Below, piece after piece: positions 1 to 18,268 of a stretch of 64,000 bases of DNA. Both the position numbers and the translations under genes were made by a program. Source of the stretch: an uncultured Verrucomicrobiae bacterium (GTDB lineage: Bacteria; Chlamydiota; Chlamydiia; Chlamydiales; Rhabdochlamydiaceae); the NCBI GenBank assembly GCA_963806855.1, contig CAWDYW010000002.1:96001-160000 (forward strand), read 5' to 3'. The notes below the pieces were generated by a model. The model had not been told where the DNA came from, did not search any database, and worked only from the letters and a program-made list of their open reading frames with translations. Positions within the stretch are counted from its first letter, which is position 1; each line of letters begins with the position of its first letter.

Positions 1-800
1 AATGTTTTTGTCTTGGTTTTGACAAAAATATCTGCACCTGGATCGCCAATCGCTTGATTGATAAAGCGTTCTAGCGTGTTAAATGGGCAGCACTGGACAA
101 AATCAGCAAAGGATCTAGTCTCATAGGGCGTCTGCATCAGCATTAGTGCATAAGCGGCTTCGAGGTTGTAAATGGCCGCTTCTCGCACAAGCTTGCTTCT
201 GGCTAAATGGATCCCATGGATCTTGGCCGCGATCTCGAGTTGCTCGTTATTTGACCAGTCGATATTGGCAGTGTAATAGTCACTTGGTTTCAGCTTTACC
301 GGCTGCTGAGGATTTTCCTCTGACGCGATTTCAAGAAAATCCCGAGAGACATCGAGATGCTCTTTGATTTTCTGAGCGAGAACCACCTGTTTTTCCTTAT
401 TATAATTATAGTAAGCGAGCACCGATTTGAGCTCTTTTGGCTCAATACCTGGTTTGACTCCCAATTTTTCGATGTCCGCGCCGAGCTTTGCTTCCTCTAA
501 GACGTCCAACTTTTGAATGATCTTGCTGTTAAAATCTGCACACTTTGCATAGGGCGTCGATTTATCCCAAAGATAGGATTTAATCACAACAGCGGTGACG
601 AGAGCGGCGATGGCGATGTGGGCTGCAAAGAAGATCGGGGTATAGATCGCTGCAAAAAAGGCTACAGCGACCGTGCCGACAATCGCAGCTACCGCAGAGG
701 CCTGCCAAATGAGCTTCCAACGATTATTAATGGCAGCATCTTCAACAGGACTATAGGTAATATCAGGGTTAAGGACTGGATTTGCAACTGCTTGTGTCAT
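1..800 (-). CDS. Inc-like membrane protein, partial (runs off the window); paralog of 816..1709
   Basis: Not in the ORF track. Manually translated from ATG at 800 (GGAG RBS upstream) and open to the window edge: MTQAVANPVLNP..., long bilobed hydrophobic segment, then LGVKPGIEPKELKSVLAYY matching LGVNPPAEISQNELKLGLARY of the neighbour. Confidence 0.8.
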   Translation of the reverse strand, partial: MTQAVANPVLNPDITYSPVEDAAINNRWKLIWQASAVAAIVGTVAVAFFAAIYTPIFFAAHIAIAALVTAVVIKSYLWDKSTPYAKCADFNSKIIQKLDVLEEAKLGADIEKLGVKPGIEPKELKSVLAYYNYNKEKQVVLAQKIKEHLDVSRDFLEIASEENPQQPVKLKPSDYYTANIDWSNNEQLEIAAKIHGIHLARSKLVREAAIYNLEAAYALMLMQTPYETRSFADFVQCCPFNTLERFINQAIGDPGADIFVKTKTKT

Positions 801-815
801 TTTTAGCTCCTTTGC

Positions 816-1709
816 TTATGACGATTTCCATGGACGAAAAGACCAACGACTGGCTGATTGTGATGGAGGTAATTCGAAGATCTCACGGGCCAAAGTGGGC
901 GCATCTTTCTTGAGAATCTCCCCTGCAGTAAATTGCCTTAGCTTAGCCTTCATGAAAACATCTGTGGACAGATCCCCATGAGCTTTTGAGATCAGAAGGG
1001 CATCTACCTGGAAAGGAATAAACTGACAAAATTCTCCTAAGGGCCGGTTTTCAAAAGGGGAGTGGAGCAACATTAGAGTGTGGGCAGCCATGACATTGGT
1101 GAGAGCAGCTTGATTTTCGAGATCCCGACTCTTAATTCTCTTCTGTAGAGATTTTGCAAATGAAATGAGCGCCTCTCGGTCCTTCCAATCGAGATTCCCC
1201 ACAGCAAGAGGGGCATTGATAGCAGGGTACTTCTCATGCAATTTCCTTCTCTTTTCGAGTAGCTTGACCTGGTCATCTTTTAGGCGAAGGTATCGAGCCA
1301 GACCCAACTTCAACTCATTTTGAGAAATCTCCGCTGGAGGATTGACCCCTAACTGCTGCACTAAGTTAGGCACCTCCTCATCCTTAATTAGATTGAGTTG
1401 CTTGACCAGTTTGCCCTGAGCGATTGCACTATTGCCATAGCTTGCAGATTTATTGTACAAGTAACTGGCGAACTGGGTCGCATAGTAAAGGCCCAAAGTA
1501 TAAATGGCCAAGATGACCCCAAACACTTGAGAGGGATAAAAAACACTTGTAAAAACAAAACCGCCCGTGGATGCAATAATAAAGAAGGCGATAGAAGCAT
1601 ACTGGGCCACTTTCCAAGCCGATTGCCAAAACTGATCGCTTTGCTCTTGGGCGATTGGATCGATTTTAAAAATTGTATTGAGTGTTGGGGCGGAAACGGC
1701 TGTTGCCAT
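816..1709 (-). CDS. Inc-like hypothetical membrane protein (297 aa)
   Basis: ORF with an approximately 50-aa bilobed hydrophobic region near the N-terminus; GAG RBS; paralog of the adjacent gene. Confidence 0.75.
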   Translation of the reverse strand: MATAVSAPTLNTIFKIDPIAQEQSDQFWQSAWKVAQYASIAFFIIASTGGFVFTSVFYPSQVFGVILAIYTLGLYYATQFASYLYNKSASYGNSAIAQGKLVKQLNLIKDEEVPNLVQQLGVNPPAEISQNELKLGLARYLRLKDDQVKLLEKRRKLHEKYPAINAPLAVGNLDWKDREALISFAKSLQKRIKSRDLENQAALTNVMAAHTLMLLHSPFENRPLGEFCQFIPFQVDALLISKAHGDLSTDVFMKAKLRQFTAGEILKKDAPTLAREIFELPPSQSASRWSFRPWKSS

Positions 1710-1762
1710 ATTGAAATCTCCATCTAAGATGGCCGACCATTATAGCAAAGAGGGGGAAAAAA

Positions 1763-2173
1763 TCAAACGGTTATTAAAAATTTTAGAGCATCCTGCTGTA
1801 TTCTGAGGAACATATTGGCAAGACCATTCGATCTGCTGGGCGATAGGGAGCCGAGAATCTGCAATTCTTCCAGGAATGTGGGCTTGGACTTGATGATCAC
1901 CTCTGGGGACTCTCCGCTATAAGCTCTAATTAATAGGGCAGCCAAACCGGCCGAAATGAGCGCCTCTGAATGGGCCAGGTAGTAAATCTTCCCATCCTCG
2001 ATCTCCGAGTAGAGGTAAACAATACTTTGACATCCCTTCACAATGTTCTCATCTGTCCTATATTCAAGGGGCATGGGGGGAAGCTGCCTGCCGAGCTCAA
2101 TAATCCTTTGATACCTGTCTTGCTGGCTCAAGCAATCCTGAAAGAGAATTTTTACATCTGCAACAAGGTCCAT
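1763..2173 (-). CDS. sufE: SufE family Fe-S cluster sulfur acceptor
   Basis: VKGCQS motif, SEALISAGLAALL and SPSRSNGL; start trimmed to MDLVADV. Confidence 0.9.
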   Translation of the reverse strand: MDLVADVKILFQDCLSQQDRYQRIIELGRQLPPMPLEYRTDENIVKGCQSIVYLYSEIEDGKIYYLAHSEALISAGLAALLIRAYSGESPEVIIKSKPTFLEELQILGSLSPSRSNGLANMFLRIQQDALKFLITV

Positions 2174-2210
2174 GAGAGAGATTATATAGGAAAATCTAGC
2201 GTTTGTCAAA

Positions 2211-2272
2211 AATTTCGTGCCCGAGGGGGACCTCCGACTGGTTAAAAAACGGGCACGCACACGGGCACGGAA
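2211..2272. repeat. Short GGGCAC-type inverted/tandem repeat element
   Basis: TTTCGTGCCCG ... CGGGCACGCACACGGGCACGGAA; related motif at 25338-25362. Confidence 0.5.
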
Positions 2273-2281
2273 GAAAAGAAG

Positions 2282-2311
2282 TTGACATTTAATTGGCGAA
2301 AAAGCTTAATT
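2282..2311 (+). promoter_or_regulatory. Putative sigma66 promoter for infA
   Basis: Perfect TTGACA at 2282 with a weak AT-rich -10 box 17-18 bp downstream. Confidence 0.4.
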
Positions 2312-2337
2312 GTCTTGTTTTGTTGTAGTTAGAGGTT

Positions 2338-2556
2338 ATGGTTAAAGAAGATACCATCAAGATCGACGGTACAGTTGAGGAGCTCCTCCCAAATATGACC
2401 TTTAGGGTTGTGTTGACGAATGGGATGAAGGTGCTCGCTCATCTTTGTGGTAAAATGCGTATGCGTAATATTCGGGTCCTTGTCGGTGACATTGTGACCG
2501 TGGAAATGTCCCCATACGACCTAACCAAAGCGCGGATTGTCTATCGTCAAAGATAG
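2338..2556 (+). CDS. infA: Translation initiation factor IF-1
   Basis: [11 protein letters not shown]...[14 protein letters not shown]...[13 protein letters not shown]. Confidence 0.98.
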   Translation: MVKEDTIKIDGTVEELLPNMTFRVVLTNGMKVLAHLCGKMRMRNIRVLVGDIVTVEMSPYDLTKARIVYRQR

Positions 2557-2627
2557 TAAATTCGGCTCGAAACGACAAAAAGAATTGATTTTTATTGGTA
2601 TTGAAAAGTAAACTTGTGAGCATTCGA

Positions 2628-2699
2628 GCCCAGATAGCTCAGTGGTAGAGCACTTGCATGGTAAGCAAGAGGTCGTAGGTTCGATTCCTATTTTGGGCA
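2628..2699 (+). tRNA. tRNA-Thr(GGT)
   Basis: GCCCAGA/TTTGGGC acceptor stem, CTTGC-ATGGTAA-GCAAG anticodon arm, GGTTCGATTCC T-arm. Confidence 0.96.
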
Positions 2700-2738
2700 A
2701 GGAAGAACCAGAAACAAAGGTAAAACGGAGGATAATAA

Positions 2739-3933
2739 ATGGCGAAGGAAACATTTCAACGGAAAAAGCCGCACGTTAACATCGGTACCATTGGCCACGT
2801 CGACCATGGTAAAACATCCCTAACAGCTGCGATCACAAAAGTTCTCGCTGAAGCAGGCGGAGCGAAATACCGCGATTACGCTTCGATCGACAACACTCCT
2901 GAAGAAAAAGCGCGCGGGATTACGATTAACTCTACACACGTAGAGTATGAAACTGCATCACGCCACTATGCGCACGTCGACTGCCCAGGCCACGCTGACT
3001 ATGTTAAGAACATGATCACAGGTGCCGCGCAGATGGACGGCGCGATTCTCGTCGTTGCTGCAACAGACGGCGCGATGCCTCAGACGAAAGAACACATCCT
3101 CTTTGCCCGCCAAGTGGGTGTTCCTGCGATCGTCGTATTCCTCAACAAGATGGACATGATCGGCAAAGGCGACGAAGAACTCGTTGACCTCGTCGAAATG
3201 GAACTGACAGAGCTTCTCGAAGCAAAAGGATACAAAAACGTCCCGATCATCCGCGGTTCTGCTCTTAAAGCGCTGGAAGGCGATCCACAGTACGTTCAGA
3301 GCGATTAAAGACTTGATGAAAACTGTCGATGAAAAGATCCCAACGCCTAAGCGCGAAATAGATAAGCCATTCCTCATGCCGATCGAAGACGTGTTCTCGA
3401 TCTCTGGCCGCGGAACAGTGGCTACAGGACGAGTGGAGAGAGGTATTGTCAAAGTCAACGATAAGCTCCAAGCTCGATCGGTATCCGCGAAACACGCGAG
3501 ACAGTTGCGACAGGTATTGAGATGTTCAACAAGACTTCTCGATGAAGCACAAGCTGGTGAAAACGTCGGTATTCTCCTCCGCGGTCTTGAGAAAAAAGAT
3601 ATCGAGCGCGGAATGGTTCTCGCAGCTCCTGGAACATGCACACCGCACACAAAGTTCAAAGGAACGGTCTACATCCTGAAAAAAGAAGAAGGCGGCCGTC
3701 ATAAGCCATTCTTCACAGGATACCGTCCTCAGTTCTACTTCCGTACAACTGACGTAACAGGAACAGTCACTCTTCCAGAGGGAACAGAGATGGTGATGCC
3801 AGGCGATAACATCGAGCTTACAGGCAGAACTGCATTGCATCCGATTGCGATGGAAGAGGGAGATGCGTTTTGCGATTCGCGAAGGCGGCAGAACGATCGG
3901 TGCTGGAACTGTAACGAAGCCATTTTGGCTTAA
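2739..3933 (+). CDS. tuf: Elongation factor Tu (several frameshifts, probably assembly errors)
   Basis: [23 protein letters not shown] and [24 protein letters not shown] split across ORFs 2739..3308 and 3313..3933. Confidence 0.97.
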
Positions 3934-3983
3934 GATATATGAATGCTAGAGGAGAGAGAGTAGCCTCTCCTGCTAGTATTTGT

Positions 3984-4056
3984 GGGTGTGTAGCTCAGCT
4001 GGTAGAGCAGCGATCTCCAAAGTCGCCGGTCGGGGGTTCGAATCCCTCCGCACTCG
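3984..4056 (+). tRNA. tRNA-Trp(CCA)
   Basis: GGGTGTG/CGCACTC acceptor stem, GCGAT-CTCCAAA-GTCGC anticodon arm, GGTTCGAATCC. Confidence 0.96.
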
Positions 4057-4079
4057 TCGTGTGAGAGATAGAGGTATTA

Positions 4080-4343
4080 ATGAGTACGTTGATGGAAGCT
4101 AAACAAAAGAAGAAGACTTCTGAAAAAAAGAAGTTGAAAGATCCGTTTACCTTTATCAGCGAGCTTAAAGAAGAGCTCAAAAAAGTTAGCTGGACGACAA
4201 AGGCAGAGCTGATCTCTGCGACAAAGATCGTGATTATCTCGGTCTTTTGCTTTGGGATTGGGATCTATATTGTGGATCTAGTCATCAAGGGAATTTTGAA
4301 ATGGTTAAGAGATCACTTCTCTTCATCTTCGGCTAAAAAGTAG
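4080..4343 (+). CDS. secE: Preprotein translocase SecE (C-terminus possibly frameshifted)
   Basis: ELKKVSWTTK motif plus a TM helix; located between tRNA-Trp and nusG. Confidence 0.92.
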   Translation: MSTLMEAKQKKKTSEKKKLKDPFTFISELKEELKKVSWTTKAELISATKIVIISVFCFGIGIYIVDLVIKGILKWLRDHFSSSSAKK

Positions 4344-4350
4344 GAAAAGA

Positions 4351-4898
4351 ATGCATAAGTGGTATGTAGTACAAGTCATTTCGGGGCAGGAAAAGAAGGT
4401 CAAGAAAGCACTCGAGGAAAATCGAGAGGCTAATGGAATGGCCGAATTCATCGAAGAGGTTCTTGTTCCTACTGAGAATGTCGCCGAAGTCAAGCGCGGC
4501 CAGCAGCGGGTCAGCGAGAAAAGGATGTGGCCTGGCTATATCATGCTCAAGATGAATTTAACTGACGATTCTTGGATGATATGTAAAAAATACAAGAGGT
4601 GTGCTTAGGATTTTTAGGTGGAGAACCACCAACCCCTCTTTCTCAAAGAGAAATCGAAGAGATTTTGAGTGAGCTCGAGAAGAAGAAAGGGATGTTGTCC
4701 AGAAGCATCGAACAATATCGGCGATCGAGTCAAGATTACCGATGGCGTATTCGTCAACTTCATCGGCAATGTCATTGAAGTCTTTCATGAGAAAGGGCGT
4801 TTAGCGTCATGGTTTCGATTTTCGGAAGAGAAACACGAGTGGATGATCTAGAGTTCTGGCAAGTAGAACAAGTCCCCGCGGAAACGGGAATTAGTTAA
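4351..4898 (+). CDS. nusG: Transcription factor NusG (frameshifted)
   Basis: WYVVQVISGQEKKVK, PGYI, and KOW motif GDRVKITDG in different frames. Confidence 0.93.
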
Positions 4899-4910
4899 AA
4901 GGATACGATA

Positions 4911-5338
4911 ATGGCAAAGAAAGTAGTTAAAATCATCAAGCTGCAAATTCCGGCTGGAAAGGCAAATCCTGCTCCCCCTATTGGCCCTGCCCTTGGTTCG
5001 GCACAGGTCAACATCATGGCCTTCTGTAAGGAATTTAATGCGAAAACACAAGCTCAAGCTGGGGATATTCTGCCTGTTGTAATCACTGTCTATCAGGACA
5101 AGACTTTTACGTTTATTACAAAGCAACCTCCTGCATCCAGGATGATTTTAAAAGAGCTTGGAATTGAGTCTGGCTCGGGCGTTCCCAACCGAGATAAAGT
5201 TGGAAAACTGACCAAAACACAAGTGCGTGGCATTGCAAAGAAAAAAGACCCGATATCCGTGTCGCCTCTGAAGAAGCAGCTGAGCGACTTGTAATGGGAA
5301 CAGCGCGTTCAATGGGTGTTGATATAGTAGAGGATTAA
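4911..5338 (+). CDS. rplK: 50S ribosomal protein L11 (frameshift near the 3' end)
   Basis: [15 protein letters not shown]-terminal GTARSMGV in another frame. Confidence 0.96.
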
Positions 5339-5342
5339 AGGC

Positions 5343-6041
5343 ATGGCAAAAAGAAGCAAAAGATTTCAACAGATAGATCAATTCGTTGTTGTAGACAAGA
5401 AATATACACTTGATGAAGCTATCGAAATTTTAAAAAAATGTCCACCTGTCAAATTTGACCAATCGGTGGATCTGGCGATTAAAACAGGCATTGATGTGAA
5501 GAAATCGGATCAGCAAGTTCGCGGGACGATCGCTCTTCCACATGGAACAGGAAAGAACCTGCGTGTGCTGGTGTTTGCTCGCGGCGAAAAAATCAAAGAG
5601 GCAGAAGCTGCAGGTGCTGAGTTTGTAGGTGCAGATGAGCTTCTAGAAAAAGTCAAGGGCGGATGGGTCGATTTCGATGCGATCGTCTCAACTCCCGATA
5701 TGATGCGCGAAGTGGGTAAACTCGGTAAGGTTCTCGGACCTCGAGGACTCATGCCGACTCCAAAAGCTGGCACAGTGACAAATGAAATTGGGAAGGCCGT
5801 TAAGGAACTCAAAGCGGGTAAAATCGAGTTTAAAAACGACAAGACCGGAGATATCAATAACCTAGTTGGGAAACTCTCCTTCAGCAAAAAAGATTTGGTC
5901 GAAAATATCGAAGCCTATCTGGCTGCTGTAACGAAAGCAAAACCCTCTTCTGCAAAAGGGAAATTTATCCAGTCGCTCTCAATCTCATCGACAATGGGAC
6001 CAGGATTGAAAGTGGACTTGAGCTCCGTTGCAGGCATTTAA
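5343..6041 (+). CDS. rplA: 50S ribosomal protein L1
   Basis: [31 protein letters not shown]. Confidence 0.98.
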   Translation: MAKRSKRFQQIDQFVVVDKKYTLDEAIEILKKCPPVKFDQSVDLAIKTGIDVKKSDQQVRGTIALPHGTGKNLRVLVFARGEKIKEAEAAGAEFVGADELLEKVKGGWVDFDAIVSTPDMMREVGKLGKVLGPRGLMPTPKAGTVTNEIGKAVKELKAGKIEFKNDKTGDINNLVGKLSFSKKDLVENIEAYLAAVTKAKPSSAKGKFIQSLSISSTMGPGLKVDLSSVAGI

Positions 6042-6050
6042 GGATGAACT

Positions 6051-6566
6051 ATGAGACCAGAAAAGCAATTATTACTAGATGAAATTAAAGATAAGATCGA
6101 TGGATCGACCGCTTTAGTTTTGACTCGCTATGCCAAATTGACCCCCAACGTTTCAGATGGTTTTCGTAGATCGATCTCCGCGGCGGGAGGCTCTTACGCA
6201 GTAGTGAGAAAACGGGTGCTAGTAAAAGCGGCCGAAATAGGTGGAATTACTCTTGATCCCAAGATGTTAAAGGGAAATATTGGAGTGATGTTCCTTTATG
6301 AAGATCCGCTGGCGCCAACCAAAGCACTTTTTAAATTTGCCGATGAGAACAAAGAGACGTTCGAAGTTCTCGCCGGACATTTTGAAGGTAAACTTTGCAG
6401 TGCTGCAGATGTTAAAGCTATTTCCCAGCTTCCATCTCAGGATGTGATGCGAGCCCAATTCCTTGGACTTCTCGAAGCGCCAATGTCGCAAACTTTAGCT
6501 GTAATGGAAGCGTTACTGACAAGTGTCATGTATTGCTTAGAAAACAAAAATAAAGAAGAAATTTAA
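6051..6566 (+). CDS. rplJ: 50S ribosomal protein L10
   Basis: Position and L10-like sequence (MRPEKQLLLDEI...SQLPS). Confidence 0.95.
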   Translation: MRPEKQLLLDEIKDKIDGSTALVLTRYAKLTPNVSDGFRRSISAAGGSYAVVRKRVLVKAAEIGGITLDPKMLKGNIGVMFLYEDPLAPTKALFKFADENKETFEVLAGHFEGKLCSAADVKAISQLPSQDVMRAQFLGLLEAPMSQTLAVMEALLTSVMYCLENKNKEEI

Positions 6567-6583
6567 CTTTTAAGAGGTAAAAA

Positions 6584-6981
6584 GTGACTACACACGATAT
6601 TGAACATTTAGTAGAAGCATTAAGCAAATTAGCGTACTCGATATGTCAAAACTGAAGACACCTCTCGAAGATAAATGGGGAGTCAAAGCCGCTGCAGCAG
6701 CACCAGTGATGATGGCAGCTGCCCCTGCGGCGGGCGGTGGAGCCGCAGCAGCAGCAGAATCGACAGAATTTAAAGTGATGCTCGAAGCTGTGCCTGCTGA
6801 CAAGAAAATCTGGGTCATTAAAGTCGTCCGTGAAATCACAGGACTTGGACTTAAAGAAGCGAAAGATCTCGTGGATGGAGCTCCTAAAGTACTGAAAGAG
6901 ACTTGCCCTAAAGCTGAAGCAGATGAAATCTCTAAGAAGATTGCTGAAGCTGGTGGAAAAGCCACGCTTAAAGGACTTTAA
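6584..6981 (+). CDS. rplL: 50S ribosomal protein L7/L12 (frameshift near the 5' end)
   Basis: GTG start after GAGG; Ala-rich hinge; [19 protein letters not shown]. Confidence 0.96.
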
Positions 6982-7006
6982 GCCTAGATTTTTACACAGT
7001 TTATGT

Positions 7007-7040
7007 GAGCAGAAGACCAAAAGTGTCTTCTGCTCGTTGT
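7007..7040 (+). terminator. Hairpin between rplL and rpoB
   Basis: GAGCAGAAGAC / GTCTTCTGCTC 11-bp stem. Confidence 0.6.
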
Positions 7041-7078
7041 CGTTTATTGATTAAACCTTTATCTGAGGAGCTAATTCA

Positions 7079-15071
<7,993 letters not shown>

Positions 15072-15093
15072 TCGCTACTCCAACCTGTAAACT

Positions 15094-15126
15094 AAAAAAA
15101 GCCTTAACTTAGTTAAGGCTTTTTTT
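15094..15126. terminator. Bidirectional intrinsic terminator after rpoC
   Basis: AAAAAAAGCCTTAACT-T-AGTTAAGGCTTTTTTT. Confidence 0.9.
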
Positions 15127-15194
15127 ATTCGGGTCAAAAAAGCAGTGGCGAGAAAAATGAAAGACTGATATAATCAACCGATTAAAATTAAACA

Positions 15195-16628
15195 ATGGGG
15201 CATGCTATTATGATTACTTCACCAGGTTTTAATGTACCTAAAAGCTCCCTAATGGAAGCTGTGCAAAATTCAATATTATGGAGTAGTTTGTCCCAAGCAG
15301 AACAGGAGCAAGGGGTTCATCCTGCAAAAATGACAGCTTTAAAATTTGATATCGACGAAAGTGCGTTGTCAGGCGAGTTGCTTCATAAATTGCGCCGTTT
15401 TTTTGTAGGGTGCAGACTTGCCGCATCGGATTCCGATTTTTTTTCGAAATCAATTCTTATGCTTCATTCAAATGATCAATTACTTCTTCCTATTAAGACA
15501 ATCATGGAGAGCGTTCTTATGGCTCAAATGCCTAAAGAAGATCAGCATATAACAGATGCCCGCCTTCATTTTGAAGTCCTGAATCGTAGCGGCGCTAATG
15601 ACGAATATCAAGCAAAATTAGCTGGTATTTATAGTCAGTTAGTTGAAGAAAAAATGTGTTATCTCATGCATCCTGCACGACGCTTTGAGCTTGTCGAATA
15701 CTTGGGGGCTACATTTCCAGATGCCGAGCTCGCAGCAGACCGACTTATTACATATCGTTGCTTCGGAACTTCTGCGCTTAGAAAATCAGAAATAGAACGT
15801 ACTCTTCAAAAGCATACGGAAGAGTTGGAACATGTTGAGAGGAAGCTTTCTACTTTGTTTGAAAATGGACCCAATTTGATCACCAGACCGATGGGACTTC
15901 AAGAAGAGGCTTTAGTTTGTATACCTGATGAGCTCTGTAGAAAATATGTTTGTCTTGCTTATAAAGCCCTAGCATTGCAGGGAAAGTTGGATTGTCTGGA
16001 TCTTCCTGATGAAGTGCTTTACAAATATCAAGGGGGCCATGATGGAATAGTTCACCCTAACTTAGCTCCTTTCGCAGAGGCTTATTATAACGGCTCATTT
16101 CCATCCAACCACTTTGGCACAGTTGTCACATATTTAAAAACACTCAGAAACAACGATCTGAATGATCTTATCGAAACTTGTCTAAATGAAGAGAAGGGAA
16201 GGCTACGCAGCTTAATTGATTTCGATAAAAACTTTTATTTAGAAAGAACAAATGTGAGTTATCAAAACCAACTGAGGCTACTTGGGAAGAAACCTGAAGA
16301 TTACAGTCCTGGCGATTTTTCATTTTTAAGTGATCCTTCAGATATTCGGGCGCTTACCGATACTTTTAATGCAGTTGATAGACTCAAAGAGTGGCCATTT
16401 TTTGACATCGAGCCACCAGAAAATAAGGGTTATCAGCGCTGGAAGCACCCTACAATTAATAAAATTCTCTCGGAAATTGGGCATTATGACCATACTGGCA
16501 GAAGTATGGAGGCCACATTCCGTACGATGCGGAGCGTCCGTAAAAAAGGATGGAATGTTGTAGTGCGTGAAAGTATCGAGGATCGGACCAAAACAGCCGG
16601 GGCTTTGAATCGCGCTCAAAGATCGTGA
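15195..16628 (+). CDS. Effector-like hypothetical protein (477 aa); paralog of 45152..46786 lacking the U-box
   Basis: Collinear motifs with the 544-aa ORF (FDI, RxFFxGCxLAAS, LMHPAR, RLIxYRCxG, PGDFSFL, FFDxEPP, HTG.SM). Confidence 0.8.
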   Translation: MGHAIMITSPGFNVPKSSLMEAVQNSILWSSLSQAEQEQGVHPAKMTALKFDIDESALSGELLHKLRRFFVGCRLAASDSDFFSKSILMLHSNDQLLLPIKTIMESVLMAQMPKEDQHITDARLHFEVLNRSGANDEYQAKLAGIYSQLVEEKMCYLMHPARRFELVEYLGATFPDAELAADRLITYRCFGTSALRKSEIERTLQKHTEELEHVERKLSTLFENGPNLITRPMGLQEEALVCIPDELCRKYVCLAYKALALQGKLDCLDLPDEVLYKYQGGHDGIVHPNLAPFAEAYYNGSFPSNHFGTVVTYLKTLRNNDLNDLIETCLNEEKGRLRSLIDFDKNFYLERTNVSYQNQLRLLGKKPEDYSPGDFSFLSDPSDIRALTDTFNAVDRLKEWPFFDIEPPENKGYQRWKHPTINKILSEIGHYDHTGRSMEATFRTMRSVRKKGWNVVVRESIEDRTKTAGALNRAQRS

Positions 16629-16646
16629 ATTTCGGTATACCCAACT

Positions 16647-16684
16647 AAAAAAGCCTTAACTTTTAAGAAGTTAAGGCTTTTTTT
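16647..16684. terminator. Intrinsic terminator, near copy of the rpoC terminator
   Basis: AAAAAAGCCTTAACTT-TTAAG-AAGTTAAGGCTTTTTTT. Confidence 0.88.
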
Positions 16685-16746
16685 ATAATTGCATTTTATT
16701 GGCCGTTTTGCTAAAATATTAGTTAATAATAACCAAGGAGTTCTAA

Positions 16747-17622
16747 ATGTCCGCCGTTTCTATGAATGCACCCGCCGGTGCCGGTCCCATCCTCAACAAC
16801 AACAATAACAATCCAATGCCCCTACAGCAGGCCAAAGATATTCTCTATGTTTGGGGAACATTAGATAAACAAGATTTAATGGAGGGGTTGGATGATAATC
16901 AGATTATTAGAAAGGCCGAAGAGTTTAACAAATGGTTTGATAATAATTATAATAATCTAGTTAATATAACAAGTTTAGATCTTCATGTTAGTTACGGTAC
17001 CCACAGGCTTACTTCTTTGCCCCCGCAAATTTTCAGACTCGTTAACCTCAAATCCCTTTATATTTATGGTCACTCATTAAAGGAAGTCTCAGATGAGATT
17101 TCTAATTTAACTAAATTAGAAAAATTGGATCTTGGTAATAATGAGCTTGAATCTATTTCAGGAAAAATTGGGAGTTTGATAAATCTCACCCATCTAAGTC
17201 TTATGCATAATCCAATGTGTGAGAAGTCCGAATCTTTTCCAAAAGAGATGATTTCACTCAAAAAACTGAAAAATTTTGATTGTTCACGGAAATATAGGCA
17301 GCCTCCTCTTGTTCCAGCTTGGGTAAATCAAACGAATTTTCCTGACCTACTTTCTATCGATTCAATGCATACAGGTGATATGTGTTGGTTAACTTCTGAT
17401 AGACTTTCCTGGGGAAATTGGCTTGCAGCAAATAAAATATCCCTGATTGCACTTATCGGCCTTCCAGCTCTGGGTCTTTATATGGCAGATCTCAATTGGT
17501 CGAATGCCCGTGATAGATATATTCAAGAGCTGACTACCGATCGAACATTCCAAATGCTTCATGGAGCTTTGGTTACCTTAGGTGCCCTACTACTATTTAA
17601 GAAGCCAAACGCTGCAAACTAA
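16747..17622 (+). CDS. Leucine-rich repeat protein with C-terminal hydrophobic helices
   Basis: LxxLxLxxNxL repeats (LTKLEKLDLGNNELESI); AAGGAG RBS. Confidence 0.88.
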   Translation: MSAVSMNAPAGAGPILNNNNNNPMPLQQAKDILYVWGTLDKQDLMEGLDDNQIIRKAEEFNKWFDNNYNNLVNITSLDLHVSYGTHRLTSLPPQIFRLVNLKSLYIYGHSLKEVSDEISNLTKLEKLDLGNNELESISGKIGSLINLTHLSLMHNPMCEKSESFPKEMISLKKLKNFDCSRKYRQPPLVPAWVNQTNFPDLLSIDSMHTGDMCWLTSDRLSWGNWLAANKISLIALIGLPALGLYMADLNWSNARDRYIQELTTDRTFQMLHGALVTLGALLLFKKPNAAN

Positions 17623-17631
17623 AAGGAAAAT

Positions 17632-18204
17632 ATGCTGGATGTAACTCAAAAAATTCATGAGGCTGATCTTCAAGGGGCTTTAACGACAGCCCTTCTCTCA
17701 GTCAATAATGGGGCCGATTACTCTGTAAGTGTAGATGAAAAGAAAGAGCTTAAGGCCAATCAGCCTATCCATCTAGTGCTCAAACAGGATGGGGTGACGG
17801 TCCCGATTGGGATTACCCATTTTGCTGAACTGACCGAGGATTTCGATGAGGTCCCTTTTGAAAAGACGGCTCGGACAATCGATCAATTGACCAAATCAAT
17901 CCTCAAGGCCGTTCAAATCCATAATGAAGCAAAAACCAACCGAGATGTGATCATCACAGCTGCGGGCACTCCCTTTTTTAAGAAGGGGATCAATATTGAA
18001 ATCCGCGATGGCATTTTATTCATCGAAGGTCGGCAAATCACATTCAAAGGAGAGCCATTTCTCGCAAGTCGTTTATGCGGTGAAGAAGGAATTTCTTTTA
18101 GACGGACTGCAGAGGGTGACTTTGAAACGGTCAATCCTATCGATCGACGTAAGGGCAAAGGGATCTTTTTTAATAAAAATACCGGCGAGATCTATCGTAA
18201 ATGA
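17632..18204 (+). CDS. Hypothetical protein (190 aa)
   Basis: ORF with AAGGA RBS directly after the LRR gene. Confidence 0.65.
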   Translation: MLDVTQKIHEADLQGALTTALLSVNNGADYSVSVDEKKELKANQPIHLVLKQDGVTVPIGITHFAELTEDFDEVPFEKTARTIDQLTKSILKAVQIHNEAKTNRDVIITAAGTPFFKKGINIEIRDGILFIEGRQITFKGEPFLASRLCGEEGISFRRTAEGDFETVNPIDRRKGKGIFFNKNTGEIYRK

Positions 18205-18268
18205 TTGGCGCCCCCCCCTTGTTTCTTTTTCCCTGATCGATTAACATTATTCCAACCAATCAATCACT

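Noticed and set aside
146..806. Plus-strand ORFs 146..367 and 513..806
   Set aside because: They are shadows of the real minus-strand gene starting at 800.
1763..2260. Extended N-terminus of SufE
   Set aside because: The extension translates the intergenic repeat and promoter region; SufE similarity starts at 2173.
3946..3976. Hairpin between tuf and tRNA-Trp as a novel ncRNA
   Set aside because: A short imperfect stem that fits an ordinary terminator or processing structure.
16795..16812. Poly-Asn tract as a phase-variable repeat
   Set aside because: Mixed AAC/AAT codons in a short in-frame tract; not a slippage switch.
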